A stretch of DNA of 25,914 nt from Chitinispirillaceae bacterium. GTDB taxonomy: Bacteria > Fibrobacterota > Chitinivibrionia > Chitinivibrionales > Chitinispirillaceae. Under the pieces are notes generated by a model. It had not been told where the DNA came from. It made no database searches and saw only the letters and a list, made by a program, of their open reading frames with translations. The translations under genes and the position numbers were made by a program. Location: assembly GCA_036260705.1 (NCBI GenBank), contig DATAMG010000066.1, positions 1-25,914 on the forward strand, in the 5' to 3' direction. This document shows positions 25,369 to 25,914 of this stretch, in pieces; the first letter of the stretch is position 1; the number at the start of each line of letters is the position of its first letter.

Positions 25369-25914
25369 ATGGCAAAACCATGGCACGATATCAATATTCC
25401 ATCCTTTTACCATGCCCCAAAAGATGTACTGTCGGCTCCTACAAAAATCAATACCGGTGTTGATGATTATCCTGAGGATGAGAAAAAGAGCCTACCGGTT
25501 GAATACAGGATCAAATGGGTAAAACCGGTTGAACCTTGCGATGGGTTTAGAATAAATAAGCCTTTTATAATAGAAGGGGAAATCGAACCTCTGGTGGAAA
25601 CTATCACCAGCCCCCGGATTAAGATCCATCCGGTTGGTATTTACAAAGGAAATGAAGATGAATACTTTCCCAATGGAATCGATGCTTTTCCTGACAAGAA
25701 TGGAAGATTCCAGGTTACATGCGATCATCTTTTTGTCCCGATAAATTATGATGAAGATTCAGAAAAAACGCCAGATGCAACCTGGGATCTTGTCATTCGT
25801 GCAATTGGTAAAACTGCAGAAAAAAAAAGCAGAAGTGAACCGTTAACCTTCCCGCAACCTGAAAAACCTTTTATAGAGCTCAAAAAAGGACATTATGATG
25901 ATAATGGCGCAAAT
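25369..25914 (+). CDS. Hypothetical protein, 5' partial view (ORF runs off the window end)
   Basis: The frame is open for 182 codons from the ATG at 25369 to the last base (MAKPWHDINIPSFYHAPKDVLSAPTKINTGVDDYPEDEKK...GHYDDNGAN). AAGGAG lies 11 nt upstream. It is absent from the supplied track, presumably because it has no stop in the window. It is better supported than the two short overlapping track ORFs. Confidence 0.65.
   Translation, partial: MAKPWHDINIPSFYHAPKDVLSAPTKINTGVDDYPEDEKKSLPVEYRIKWVKPVEPCDGFRINKPFIIEGEIEPLVETITSPRIKIHPVGIYKGNEDEYFPNGIDAFPDKNGRFQVTCDHLFVPINYDEDSEKTPDATWDLVIRAIGKTAEKKSRSEPLTFPQPEKPFIELKKGHYDDNGAN

Noticed and set aside
25325-25728. Track ORFs 25325-25522 (plus strand) and 25492-25728 (minus strand)
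   Set aside because: Both overlap the longer plus-strand frame that starts at 25369 with an RBS and stays open to the window end. Neither has an RBS or recognisable motif.
1-25914. Scan for tRNA, rRNA, tmRNA and CRISPR arrays
   Set aside because: I found no T-arm GGTTCGA(A/T)TCC-type motif within a cloverleaf context, no rRNA-like conserved blocks, and no regularly spaced 25-40-bp direct repeats. This was an eye scan only; tRNAscan-SE, Infernal and a CRISPR finder should confirm it.

Overview
25.9-kb bacterial window, probably a metagenomic contig. A TIGR02147-family gene, WG repeats and large multidomain secreted proteins hint at an FCB-group or Fibrobacterota-like organism; that taxonomy is inference only. 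All calls rest on reading motifs by eye; no searches were run.

Gene content by region:
- 1-12.8 kb is entirely minus-strand. It holds a secreted beta-helix protein, a translationally coupled TIGR02147 regulator-like gene plus lipoprotein, a tri-domain acyl-activating/carrier/acyltransferase enzyme, a decayed RCC1-repeat remnant, a 1380-aa gingipain-like peptidase carrying carbohydrate-binding modules, and ybaK.
- 13.3-20.9 kb is a visibly more AT-rich plus-strand block. It holds a WG-repeat secreted protein, a TIR-domain protein with an unrecognised C-terminal domain, a cytoplasmic GH15-like glycosidase, a DUF3465-like secreted protein, and an Rpn/YhgA-like PD-(D/E)XK nuclease split into two overlapping ORFs.
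- 21.2-24.9 kb encodes a heterodimeric ABC exporter with one degenerate ATP site. It is preceded by a strong intrinsic terminator and a 28-codon upstream ORF.
- A plus-strand ORF missing from the supplied track runs off the 3' end.
- I found no rRNA, tRNA or CRISPR array.

The best candidate for an undescribed system is the TIR plus GH15-like module in the AT-rich block, next to the split Rpn nuclease. The other notable candidate is the leader-ORF/terminator element upstream of the ABC exporter.
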